Source of the DNA: Paragordius varius
Lineage: Eukaryota > Animalia > Nematomorpha
DNA length: 64,000 bases
Reading direction: 5' to 3'
Assembly (NCBI GenBank): GCA_964247055.1
Contig: OZ176051.1
Location: 9,734,001 to 9,798,000 of the forward strand
Shown here piece after piece: positions 44,135 to 56,423 of this stretch. The first letter of the stretch is position 1. Every line of letters starts with the position of its first letter. A program made the translations under genes and the position numbers. The notes under the pieces were generated by a model that ran no database searches, was not told the origin of the DNA, and worked only from the letters and a program-made list of their open reading frames with translations.

Positions 44135-45953
44135 CAGGGGTATCCAACACAAATGGTTTAGCGGGCCGCATTTCGGATCAAAAAATCCGACGGTCCGCAT
44201 TCGAAAAATATATGGGCATCCACGGATATTTTATTGGATTTTATCTATAAGAATGTAAACACTACGCATCATATTAACCATTTTTGCTGGTTCAGTGCCA
44301 AATTTATGAAAAATTTATACAAAAAATTTGTTTTTTTACATAAATTTTTTATATTTTGCATTCAAATTTTATCGCAGGCTGGGCCGTATGTTAGCTGCCC
44401 CTGATATATAATTTACCCCTATTATATTGCGCCAAAAATGATTTAGGCCTTACATAAATTTTTTTGATAATTTGCATCAAAGCGGAAGTATAGCGTCTTA
44501 TTTTTTTACATACTATTTCTATGCAATCCGATGCAAAAAAACAGTTTATATTCTAGCTTTTTTGATAATAATCAAATATTTTCACCTGGAATTTGGAATA
44601 AATATTTGCTTATATGCCATAAATCCCCAATTTTGGGCATATAACTCCTTGAATTGAAAACTATGCAGATAGTACTTTTTTGCATCGAATTGTATAGAAG
44701 AGTATGTATATAATTCACTATTCAAGTATAAAAATTTACGCCTACTTCGATTTAAATGCAAATTTCGAAAAAAATAGATAATTCATTTTAAACGCTATAA
44801 ATTATAAATTTCATACAAATAAATAATATTAAGGTAGTAAAATGGCAATCAACAATGTTTTTACTGTTCAAATTAGACGCCAAAGTCAATTTTTTTGGCT
44901 TAAATTCGGGTGAGTATTTCTGGTACTCTCTAAAAATTTATCATGTTTATCGATAATGTATTTAAGATCTCTAAGTTAGGTATAAACAAATTTAAAATAA
45001 TTTGTTTTTAATATATACCCGGACTAAATATCATTTGATAGCTTTTAGTTGTATTGTAATTAAACAATTTTTTGGTGAAAATTTAATTTTTCTTATCATA
45101 TATATTACATATAGTTGATGAAGATACTTTGCACGGTAATGATATATTTTTTTAGTAACATTGTGTAACCTAAGCTCATTCATTTATTATGTAAATTTAA
45201 TATTTTAGATTCGAAAAAAATAAATAATAAATTGTACGACGTGTCATACTTAAGTCAAATACATGTTTTTCTGTATTTAGAAACCGACAACATCATTCAG
45301 GACGATTACGTATGTGTGCATAATGAAACATTAGAAATATGCACAGCCTATTTGGAGTATTATCCAAATGTAGCCTATACTATTTTTGTTCAAGACAAAG
45401 AAATGAATATTATTTATGGAAGTAATGTCCATAAAAATCCTGTAAGTTTTGTTCTCATTTTTTACACAAACAAACTAAAATATTCCCATGTTGTGATTGC
45501 AATTGTTAAATCCGTGAAAGAATGATAAACAAAAATTAAATAAAAAATTAACTGAAAATTAATATTTATAAAATGAATAAATTATATGTGAAACCCTTTG
45601 TAAATATTAAGTGCATACAAGTTATGTACTTGTTAGCACTCATCAGTAGGACACAACTATTTGACATGGGGTTCTCGCATAACATTGTAATTTTGGTATA
45701 AATGCAGTCGGTCATACAAATATTAAATTAAACATATTTGAACGTAACTAAATTGATTTCGTTTGTCATTATTTCACACGAAACTGTTAACATAAAATCA
45801 TTTACCATTCCAATTCTATGTTGTAATTAGGGTTCCGAATGTCTTGAAGTTACTATAGATATCACAACTTTGGAGGTGGGACATGAATATATGGTGGGAT
45901 ATAAACCACATATATGCCCAACCAGAATGGGAACTTTAGTTTTTAACATATAA
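42401..45953 (+). CDS. Orphan, probably secreted FN3-like protein; likely paralog of the 24927 gene; 5' end unresolved (41866-42361)
   Basis: Exons 42401-42418, 42444-42494, 42522-42647, 42885-43037, 45209-45441, 45831-45953. FN3-like strands LEYYPNVAYTIFVQD and ITTLEVGHEYMVGYKP; many Cys and N-glycosylation sequons; DPE| intron position shared with the upstream gene. Confidence 0.6.
43138..43327. mobile_element. Palindromic Tc1/mariner-type MITE
   Basis: TA|CAGTA ... ATGCATACTG|TA; homologous to 30994-31161. Confidence 0.75.
44097..44132. repeat. (TA)n microsatellite; similar tracts near 2266, 30185, 35591, 39923 and 63383
   Basis: Uninterrupted TA dinucleotide runs. Confidence 0.9.
44135..44403. 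mobile_element. hAT (Buster-like) MITE inserted at the end of a (TA)n tract
   Basis: CAGGGGTATCCAAC ... CTGCCCCTG; identical 8-bp flanks ATATATAA. Confidence 0.8.
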
Positions 45954-48449
45954 TAATATATATGCTATACACATATTGTTAATTATTTAAAACTTAACGA
46001 TTGCTCTTATCAAACAAATGTCCAATCACTTTAATAGCTTAATATCTGGGATCAATCACATATAATAAATATTGGCATCTATTTACTTACTTTTATTTAA
46101 GGGAATGTTGAAAAACCAATTTAAGTAAAAAGCCATGTTTTTATGTACTAATTTACTAAATAACGCTAATATATTTGCATATTTTGTGTGTGAAAAAAAC
46201 TATAATCGGAAATATCGTTGATTCCATAGATTAATCCAATTTTTATGTTTTGATAGCCCAAGGATGGTTATATGGTTGGCGTATATAACCCAGAAATAAG
46301 TGTTCGATTATAATGGATAAATGATTTTTATTATTACCATATCTTATATTAATAGCGAGATATCGAACGTTATTTATAGGGGAGCTCAATCCAGCCTAAA
46401 AAGTTTGTTTTGTTTGACTGTAAATACCTAAAAATACTATGGATTTGTAATAGTCACTCAATTTTGATAATAAGTGTTAAAAAATGTCTTTGAAAAAAAC
46501 TAATTATGTCTAATACAAAAAACCCTCTATGTTTGGTTTATTCGTAAAAACTAAAAACTTATTGATTGGAATCTGAACATTTTTAGTTAATTGCAGATAA
46601 TTTAGGGCCTGTCTGATAAATAATTATACGAGGTGGGAGGTAAAAAAAGTGTCCTACTATCATCGGTGAAATTGTAAAAAATTTTCCACTTTTAGATAGC
46701 TAAACATGTTATTCGGAAATTTGTTACAAGGCCAACAGTTAACTTGCATTTATATGCACAAAAATCGGATGGTAAAAAGATATCCTAATAAAATATCCAA
46801 AGTATCAGGATTTTTATACTTTTGATTTTGGTGCTTACAAGAGAATTTTTTTGAATTTTTGTGGTAATTTTTGTCTATAACAATCTAATTAACGCAGATT
46901 TTTGATATTTTTTTTAAAGTTAACAAATTTTTTTTTTGGTAAAATTAAATGCTATATATGATAAATTATGACATCATTAAGGATAATTTTTAAACATACC
47001 TAATTTTGAAGCGTATTTTATGGTATTTTAGCAAGCAATATTAGTATAATAACGCTTTTATATATATTTATTAAACTTTTTAACATAAATTACTAATGAA
47101 TATCTTCACAAAATTTTAAAAAAGTTAGTATGCGTAAAATTTGGGTAAAATTTTGTTAAAAATTTATATTTATTTTGAGATTTTTAGAGGTATTTACCAC
47201 AAAAGGAAACTTTTTTATGATATTTGCAAGCCTCAAAACCAAATAAAAAGTATGGCATATCAGTGGTTTTTATTACGATATTATAGATGGAATCATAAGT
47301 TGTAAAAAATAAAATATAATGAATTACATATGTTTGACATTTTTGGAGGTATTGAGAGCGAGTGTTTCGAATAAAACGTAATATAGTCCAGATTGGGTGA
47401 TATATATTTTTGTACTCACAGTCCACAAAACATCAAGATTTACATTAAAAATCGAGTTATTATTTTATATGTCACAATATTACATAAGTAAAGCTTTTTA
47501 AATGGATTAAATACATTAAATATTTGATGATAAATTTGATTATAATAGGCCTAAGGTCGAAGCTTAATTGCTTATAATTTGTATTGATTTAACACTTCAT
47601 TAATTTTTCTAATTCGTATTCAAGATCGGTTTAAAAATAAAATTTAAAAAAGAATAAGATATGGAGCGAAATCAATCTTTCATAATCTTTTAAGGATATT
47701 CTGTAGGTTAATTTTTATGTTTTAAAGATATTAAATTAACAAAATAAATATGTTGTCATATTTCAATCATGAGACTAAAATAAACGACCACAATATACTA
47801 ATTATTTTAATTTTTGTTTATTTCGTTGGCATTTGGAATGATATATGCAGATTGGTATACATTGTTAAAAATCAATGAGTTAGTTCATAAAAAATTTAAG
47901 TCTATTTATAATTACGGCTTTCGTTTCTACAAATTTTAAATGAATGATAATTTTTACCTTCAAGCACTTATAGAGCCTTACGAAAACAAGGATAATTATT
48001 CAATATATAGAACAATTTAAGGACCTTATAACCTTTGAATGATTAATGGTATTAATAAACAAAATAGATAAAATAATTAATAAATTGCAAAAAAAATCAT
48101 CTTTTAAGTAAATGATATTATATAATTTCACTAAGATATTTTCCCAAAATTTGCGTGTTAGTTTTAATTAGAGATATTGGGCAAACCTTGGCACTCATTT
48201 AGCTTTATAGTTGTGTACCCCACTAGATTTTAGAAAATATTGGACCAAATTCAAAAATACCCATTCTTTAGCCATAGAGGCGGATGAGTCAATTTTTTTT
48301 TAAAATCATGTAAAATTGTGAAAAATTTTTATTTTAATATTTTTCGCCGCCATTTTTTGTCGCTAATATAATACACAAATATATAATATAATTACTGGAT
48401 ACGGTTTCTTGAAAATTTTTGAATTAGTTGTTTGAGCCGGGTTGATTTC

Positions 48450-48978
48450 TATTACTTTTGTTGTTTTAAAGTTAATTTTTATTCCGTATTTATCCTTTTC
48501 AATTGTAAAAAATTACAGAAATCTCTATACAGTCCTCAAATATAACTGTCACCTGCGTAATGAGTAAATGTAAGCAAGTTTTCTCCTATGTTGATGTTTA
48601 AAGTTTATGACATATTTCTTAGTATGCGAGATAGGCGTTAAAAGAATTGAAGATAGAACGCAGCCTTGGCGTAACCTGACTTGCACCTGACATGAATCTA
48701 CCGTGAGGTGCAGATCCTACAGCAGTGGAATTTAATTAAAAATATTATTGATTAGATGAGTTCTCCGAGTTGTTTTAGGGGTGTTTGTAATTTATTGTGA
48801 TGTATGGAATCAAAAGCTTTGGAAAAATCAGCCACATGTGCAGTTCTTTGTTTGCATATTATTACTCGGCATCCTCTTCCTTTTCGATAACCAGCCTGAA
48901 TCGTGGATATCTCAGGATCAAGAACATTTAGTCAAACCTGTATTAGGAAAACTTTGGACACCTGGTTATGAGCGATGA
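48450..48978 (-). pseudogene. RTE-clade LINE reverse transcriptase remnant, inverted 5' segment
   Basis: Minus strand: LDPEISTIQAGYRKGRG, DFSKAFDSIHH, RQGCVLS, YAGD (decayed YADD), GIKINFKTTKV. Confidence 0.8.
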
Positions 48979-49179
48979 AAATCAGATTAAAACCGTGAAC
49001 TGTTGTATGTATTTGGGGAGTATTATAAACAATGACAACAACTTTACTCCAGAAGTAAATTGTAATTTCCATTGCAAAAGCAGTTGCATTCAAACAAAAC
49101 AAGATTTGGACGTCGAACGAAATTAAAAACCAAAATCAGATTAAAGGCAACAATATTCCCTACATACTACATGGGTGCG

Positions 49180-49441
49180 TATAATGTATCGAATATAACG
49201 AATCGGTGATGACAAAACAAAACAATGATAATTTATTAAGAATTTAGATATATTTATACTTTTTGATTAATGATAATTTTAACATGCATGTGCGTCACAA
49301 TTATAAGAAATGTCTTTTATTCTACGAATATATATATAAGAATTCCACGAATAATGACGCACAAACATACACGTGCGATTAATATAAAAATATATGTAAT
49401 AAAATATAATGATGCAACGTTGTAGTATCCACTACATAACA
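49180..49441 (-). repeat. 3' LTR
   Basis: Base-for-base identical by eye to 53200-53461; element-strand ends TGTT...TATA. Confidence 0.95.
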
Positions 49442-52400
49442 TTCTCTTCCTCCTCTACAAAACGCTTCGGCGGTTTTCGAACTCGGTCTGGATACCGCCT
49501 GGGGGCCTCCCCCTGCTCAACATCCGATCTCAGTTGATCGGCATGTTTTCGCATCTCTTTTCCATCTTCATCCTTTACTTCATAGGATAACGGCCCCGTC
49601 CTTACTTCTACCGTACCCGGTCGCCATCCTCTTGATGTCTCGTTCTTTATAAAAACTGACTGATCCGGTGTGAATTCTCTTAAGGGTCTCGGTGGCGTAC
49701 TTTCTTTAGGCGTTTCTTTATCTTGCAACCAATTCAACGGTGTGTTGATGTTTCTCTTCAAAAACAACGATGCGGGGGTCGTCTTAATGCCATGAATTAC
49801 GATAGGCCAATAAAACATTATTTAAAGCCTCTTGACTCTTCACTCCAGGCATCATCGTGGAACGGAATCTCGACTTCAACGTATAAATTACTCTTTCTAC
49901 CAAACCATTTGTCCTTGGGTGGTAGGGAGCCGACGTCACATGCTTAATGTTCCAGTTTGTCATCTTATCCCGAAAATTGAACGATTTGAAATACGTAGCA
50001 TTATCAGATACTAGCATTCTTGGAAAACCAAAAGATGAAAACCATTTCTCCAATTGTTTCAGTATCACATCAGATGTAATACTGCTCAGTATCTCCACCT
50101 CCACCCATCTTGAGAACGCGTCAATCACAACCAACCAATATTTACCACACATGGGACCCGCGATGTCCACATGGAGTCTTTCCCATATTCCCACATTGAA
50201 GTTCCATTTATATACCGGATTCTCAGCCACGTTCGCTCTGTTCCTCTGACAACACTGACAGTCGTGTACTAACTTTTCAATGTCTTTATCCATTCCGGGC
50301 CAAAACACCAACGATCTAGCTGTGTTTTTCATAGCAACGATACCCGGATGTCCAACATGAAACCAAGCCAAAATTCGTCTTCGTGCAGCTGTTGGGATAA
50401 CCAACCGATCACCAACATATACGAAACCATCGGCTTGTTTGAGATCATTTCTAACGGGTTTGAATGCGGATAATTCCGGTGTTGACCAATCATTATTTTT
50501 AAGTGCCATACGTAGTCGTTTTAACAGTTTATCCTCCAAACAATCTTTTTTGATTTGCGTTTTATTTAAATTTAAATCCACGAATGCGATTTGTCGGATT
50601 TTTTCGGCCACATGTTCATCATCATCGTCTACGGATGTCTGACTCTTTTCGGGAAGTCTTGAAAACACATCGGCCATGTTTGTCGATCCCGCAATATATT
50701 TCATATCAAAATCATACGCGGCGGCCTTGTAGATCCATCTTAACAATTTACAGTTTTTAATATCACTTAACTTCCGATTGTTTCCGAATAAATGAACCAA
50801 CGGCTTATGATCTGACCAGACCTCACATTTCTGTCCATAAATATAATAATGGAATTTTTCTAAACCAAATAACAAAGCCTTGGTTTCCAATTCAATCACA
50901 GAATAATTTTTCTCTGCATTCTGGCATTTTCTTGATGCGAATGCAATTGGTACCATTCTGTTATTTTCCATTTGCAGAAGTACCGCTCCAAAGCCTTTTG
51001 TAGACGCATCCACTTGTATTATTGTTTTATTATTTATGTTATAAGTGGCCAGTAAAGATTCTCTTTATATTAAGTTTTTTGCTTGCTTGAATTCATTTTG
51101 ATGTTCTTGTGACCATCTCCATTCCTTTTTGGATCCTGTTAGTGCATGTAGATTACTAACTTTGACATGTAAACCAGGAATAAAACGTTCATAAAAATTG
51201 AGCAATCCCAAAAATGATCTTAACTCAGTTTTATTCGTGGGTGTTGCACATTTAGCAATGGCGTCGAGCTTATCTTGTACAGGACGGATTCCCTGTTTTG
51301 ATAACTCAAACCCCAAAAATTTTATATTCTTCTGATACAGCTTTAATTTATCTTTTCTTAGTGTAAACCCGCATTGTTGTAACTTTGCTAAGGTCTCGCT
51401 CAGATTTCTATCGTGTTCCTCTTTCGTTTTACCAACAATCAAAACATCGTCGAGATAAGCCATTGTGCCCCTGCAATCTTTGAGTACCTCATCCATTATT
51501 CTCTGGAAAAGCATGGGAGAAACCTTCAATCCAAATGGTAGGCGATTAAATTGGAAATATCCCATCGGGGTAGTAATAACTAAATATTTTTTACTTTCCA
51601 CATCCACCGGAATTTGAAGGTATGCGTCCTTTAAATCAATGGACGAGAACCATGTGGATCCCGCACATTTAGACGCGATCGTGTCAAATGTCGGGATAAT
51701 CTGAGATATGTTCTCCATCAAAGAATTGATAGTTACCCGGAAATCAGCGCACACCCTAATTTCCCCATTAGTTTTTACGACGTTAACCGTAGGAGTCGCC
51801 CATTCCACATGGTGTTGTGTTGGATCTACGGGACTCACTATTCCCAGGTCTATCAGTCTCTGTATTTCCATCTCTACTTTACTCTGTAGTGCCAATGGAA
51901 TTCGCCGTGCAGCGCAGACTTTTGGTATTGCATCTGATCGGACATACAATTTGACAGGATCACCGTTGTAACAACCCAATTTCCCGTTAAAGAGTTTTGG
52001 AAATCGCTTGAATACATTGTCATGACCATTATTATTATTAGATGTTATTTGATTAACACTCACGTTATCCGGTAAGGTCATGCCACAACCAATGATCCAC
52101 GGCAGCCCAAATATGGGAGATAGCTCTTCTTCCGTCACAAAACATTCTAATTTCTTCGTAATATTTCCCATTGTTACATTGACAACTGTTTTTCCCAAGA
52201 GTTTGATTGGGTTGTTTCCGTAGGAAGTTAATCTGGGAGCACTTTTTAGTAACGGTGCTCCCACCGTCTTCCAAACGTTTTTATTAATCAAAGAAGCAGC
52301 AGCTCCAGTATCAAAAACCATACTGACAGCTTGGCCATTAATCATAGCGCAAATGTTCGCTTGTGTGCCCCATTTATTATAATTAGCGTTTATATTATCA

Positions 52401-53188
52401 CTATATCGTTTCTTATGGCGACACATTGCCTGAAAATGATTTTTTTTATTACAATTGTGGCATATTTTTCCGAACGCGGGACATTGTTTTGGTATATGCG
52501 ATTTACCACATTTGCTACATCTCCGCTTCCATTTATTATTATTGCCATCATCATTTTTTTTATATTCCATATTATTACTCTTATGATTATTATTATTATT
52601 ATCATTCGACCGATTCTTTTGAATTTTGAGGATACTGCTTGACGACACATGGGAGGCAATATCGGCCCTTGCAAGTTCCTGAGCCAAGGCCATGTCGACA
52701 ATGGTGGTTAATGACACCGCCTTCCCATCACACTTTGCATCGGGGAATCGTGAATAAAGATCCACCTCCAATGATTGCAAGTTTAATCCAGCCACAAAAC
52801 TGTCTCTAATTCTCTCCTCCACCTCTGTTTGAAATTCAGCCTTTTCCGCCACACTCTTGACTCTTTGCAAAAATTCCGTGAATGTTTCTCCATCATTTCT
52901 CCGCAAACGAGCAAACTCAAACCTTGCAGCGAAGACAGACTTGGCAGGTGAGAAAAGTTTAAGACCAATGTCATGAATTTTAGACCAAGGAGCATCATCA
53001 ATTGATTCCGGAAAAATCATTGTTTCGATCTTATTAATTGTTTTAAGACCAGCTCCAGCCAAAAACAGTACTTTGATATTATCATCATTAATATCAACAT
53101 TTTTGGAGATCATAACTCTTTTGACATATCTGATATAGGTGGCAAAATCATAATTGTCATCGTATCCTTCGATTGAAATTTTTTCCAT
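49432..53188 (-). pseudogene. gag-pol polyprotein with one in-frame stop (51065-51067) and one frameshift (~49790)
   Basis: Zn knuckles CSKCGKSH/CHNCNKKNHFQAMC; protease FDTGA; RT YLDD; RNase H VDAS; integrase HVGH..C..C, DIAGP, SDNAT, GLVER. ATG at 53188 abuts the PBS. Confidence 0.93.
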
Positions 53189-53199
53189 CGTCGCCAGAA

Positions 53200-53461
53200 T
53201 ATAATGTATCGAATATAACGAATCGGTGATGACAAAACAAAACAATGATAATTTATTAAGAATTTAGATATATTTATACTTTTTGATTAATGATAATTTT
53301 AACATGCATGTGCGTCACAATTATAAGAAATGTCTTTTATTCTACGAATATATATATAAGAATTCCACGAATAATGACGCACAAACATACACGTGCGATT
53401 AATATAAAAATATATGTAATAAAATATAATGATGCAACGTTGTAGTATCCACTACATAACA
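53200..53461 (-). repeat. 5' LTR
   Basis: Identical to 49180-49441; followed on the element strand by TTC and the PBS TGGCGACG. Confidence 0.95.
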
Positions 53462-54079
53462 GTGCGAAAGCTGGACTCAAAAAAATATGTCGAAAGATTA
53501 ATTAATTTTTTTGAACTATGGGTTGGGATTGTGCAAACAAAATAATCAAAAATTATTAACTCCATTTTTTTTTAAAAAAATAATCCTGAAATGTCGCTGC
53601 TGGGCAGCCTAATACGCCAAAAACTATCCTATTTTAGCCACATTATGAGATTTAACTCACACTTGATAACTCACTTATGGAAAAAATCGAATGGTGCTTG
53701 TAAAAGAGGAAGAAAAAGAACTCGTTAGATGGATAACATCATCAAAGAAACAAACCAAACATTAGCCAAAATTCAAAAAATTTAATGTAAAATAAACTTT
53801 GGCTACTAATTTTTAATTTATCAAAGATATACCAATCATGTCCTGCCGTTCGATTAATAAGGTGATTGGCCACCCAATGCTAATTAAATATGTAATAAAA
53901 CCAATTTATGATTTTGCTTCAACAGTGTCCACAAAAAAATAACCTTATAATATATATATATTATATCTGATAGAAAAATGCATCATGATTATCATGTACA
54001 AAAATGCCGGGATGGCGCGATAAAAAATATAAATATTTGCTATATTTGATTTAACCTAAAAATATTTTTTAAAAATGAA

Positions 54080-55115
54080 TCTATATATTTATAAAAATGG
54101 AAAATGCTCGCTTTGTGATCTGGTACCGGAAAACCGGTAGACCTAATCTAATCCAAACTTCGAAAAAATATAATCATTAATGAATGCCCCGACAAAAACT
54201 TCGCCCTTTTTTTTGAAATAGGCCCCCAGTTCGATCCCACCCCGTGTGAAAAACGGTTTTTTTTGAAAACAGAAGTCCAAAAATCGTGTCTTTGAGACAA
54301 TTTTCCGTAGAACGTGTGGACCATTCAATTTCAATATGATTTTTGTTTACTTATTTTCGATCGCTCTGAACATAGTCGACTCACCTTTTTAATTTAGGCC
54401 CTCTTTTTACCCGCTACCCCCGTAAAATGCCATTTTTTTCAAAAAACAAAGTCCACAAAAATAATTTTTTAAATCTATTTTTCGCCCTAGGTATGAGACC
54501 GTAAAAATTCAATATGGATTCCACGTATTCCCTGTTGAAAGGGAAAAATTTTAGTCAAGCGTTTCTTTGATGATAGCTGCTGGGTAAGGAGCTACCCGCT
54601 AAAAACTGATTCCTCATGTAACTTTGTGATCTATTTCCGGAAAACCGGTGAACCCAATCAAATCCAAATATCGAAAAAATATAATCATTTATAAATGTCC
54701 CGACAATAGCTTCGCCCTTTTTTGGAATTAGGTCCCCAGTTCGGGCCTACCCCGTGTGAAAAATGGGTTAAGTCAATTTTTTGGAGAACGTGTTGGACCA
54801 TTCAATTTCAACTATGATTTTTGTTTACTTATTTTTGATCGCGCTGAACATAGTCGACTCACTTTTTTGATTTAGGCCCTCTTTTTACCCGCTACCCCCG
54901 TAAAATGCCATTTTTTCAAAAAAAACAAAGTCCACAAATATATTTTTTTAAATCAATTTTTCCCCGAAGTAAATAATATATTAGTATGAATGCACGTTTT
55001 AAAATTTTTATATATTCATATTTAAATAATGTTACGAAATAATCCACATACCCACCCCCCAATATAAGTCCGAAGGACTTCCTTGTGCTGCGTGGCAGCA
55101 CGAGATTTACGCTAG
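54080..55115 (+). mobile_element. Non-autonomous Helitron with an internal ~511-bp-period direct duplication
   Basis: A|TCTATATATTTATAAAAATG 5' end; GC hairpin CTTGTGCTGC-GTG-GCAGCACGAG (55082-55104) followed by CTAG|T at 55112-55115; repeats start at 54111 and 54622. Confidence 0.85.
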
Positions 55116-56423
55116 TACTTTTTATAAAAATTTAATTTTTTGCAAAATTTTGTTGAAATGAGCTTTTAACTATTTTTATTCATGATGCAAACGGTATAAA
55201 AACGCTTTTAGAATTTCAAAAAATACCTTTTCTGTATAAAATGATATACATTTTTATCGCTTCAGATTTTTTAATTAAAGTTTCGTTTACTATAAAAATT
55301 TTTTTTTAAAAAAAATAATTTATAAATTTGAGAACAAATATTTTAAAACTCAGGCGATAGAAATGTTCCGCATTATCGAATAATATAGAAAATTTTAATA
55401 TGCGTTTTTATACTGTTTCCATCATGGTTCATACTATGAAGTACGCTTAAACAAATTTGCCAAAAATAAAATTTTTATTATGTATTTTTTAAAATATCAT
55501 TTGTTGAGTGGAAAATTTAGCATCTCGGTATTTTTGCTTTTATTGTAAAAAACTAGTCCATTTTGGCAAAAACTTGGGACGGTTGGAGCTCTGATTTTTT
55601 TTATATATTGCTTTAAATCTATGGAGTTTATAATATATCTTAGTAGCATTTTTTTTAATGAAGCCTCTAGTTTTTACAAAAAAAAATTAAAAAAATGTGC
55701 TCAGATTGTGCCATTTCATGATATAGATCTCTTTCCACAAAAGTGGAAATACCTATCTTATATCACTTGTAAGGGCCAACACTAAAACACTCATGATAAT
55801 CCTGATACACTTTACTTCGTCTTAAAATAAATGTTAAATATATTTTTTTTCAAAAAATTTATCCAAATCGAAAAGCAAACAAATCTTTATTTAATCCGTG
55901 GTCCTACAATGTTATTTTACTTTTTATGCTATTTCACATTTTAGAGTAGGTATATATCCCAGAGCTTAATGTTGTAAATAAACTACAATAATGATATTTT
56001 AGTAATTTAGTTATCAAAGTTTTCTATCACATGAGAAAGCATTTATCTTTACAGTTTTGTGACTTCTATAAAATTGGGGCATTTCCAAAACACGATTGAA
56101 ATTAACAGTTCGTATTAAAATTAATATTATTATGTTTTTTACTTGTATAATGGAGTCTAAAACGTAGAAAAAATAATTATTTAAATTTTTTAACCATAAT
56201 ATACATTTTTTATGTATTAGTTACTCAAAAATTTACAGAAAATAACGCCAAAAAAGTTTGATATGGGATTTTTTCAAATAAAAGTAATAGGAGTATTTCA
56301 CATAATCAATATAAAATTAATTTTTCATTCAGAGCTTTTTATTGATGAAACATCTTTTGAAGCCGTTAAGTGACATCTTCTCATAATTTAACAATCTTTT
56401 TTTAAATTATACATATTGATTAA

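Larger units (their letters stand above)
49180..53461 (-). mobile_element. Full-length Ty3/Gypsy LTR retrotransposon (Mag-like), 4282 bp
   Basis: Two identical 262-bp LTRs; 5-bp TSD GTGCG (49175-49179 and 53462-53466); PBS TGGCGACG; PPT GAGGAGGAAGAGAA; domain order gag-PR-RT-RH-IN. Confidence 0.97.
48980..53890 (+). mobile_element. RTE-clade LINE 3' segment (48980-49179 plus 53462-~53890), interrupted by the Gypsy insertion
   Basis: Plus strand: MYLGSIINND, KATIFP, then across the Gypsy GCESWT, FELW, KLSYFSHIMR, KRGRKRTR. These resemble the RTE/BovB C-terminus. Confidence 0.8.

Noticed and set aside
51065-51067. Programmed stop-codon readthrough in the Gypsy pol
   Set aside because: It lies between RT and RNase H rather than at the gag-pol boundary and lacks a recognisable leaky context; a nonsense change or sequence error is simpler.
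49723-53001. Antisense and alternate-frame ORFs within the Gypsy (also those within HSPD1 exons)
   Set aside because: Shadow ORFs of real coding sequence or of AAT/GAT repeats, with no motifs of their own.
53700-53765. EEEKELVRWI as a pogo/CENP-B HTH transposase remnant
   Set aside because: Another frame gives KLSYFSHIMR...KRGRKRTR, continuous with the RTE LINE C-terminus, which explains the segment better.
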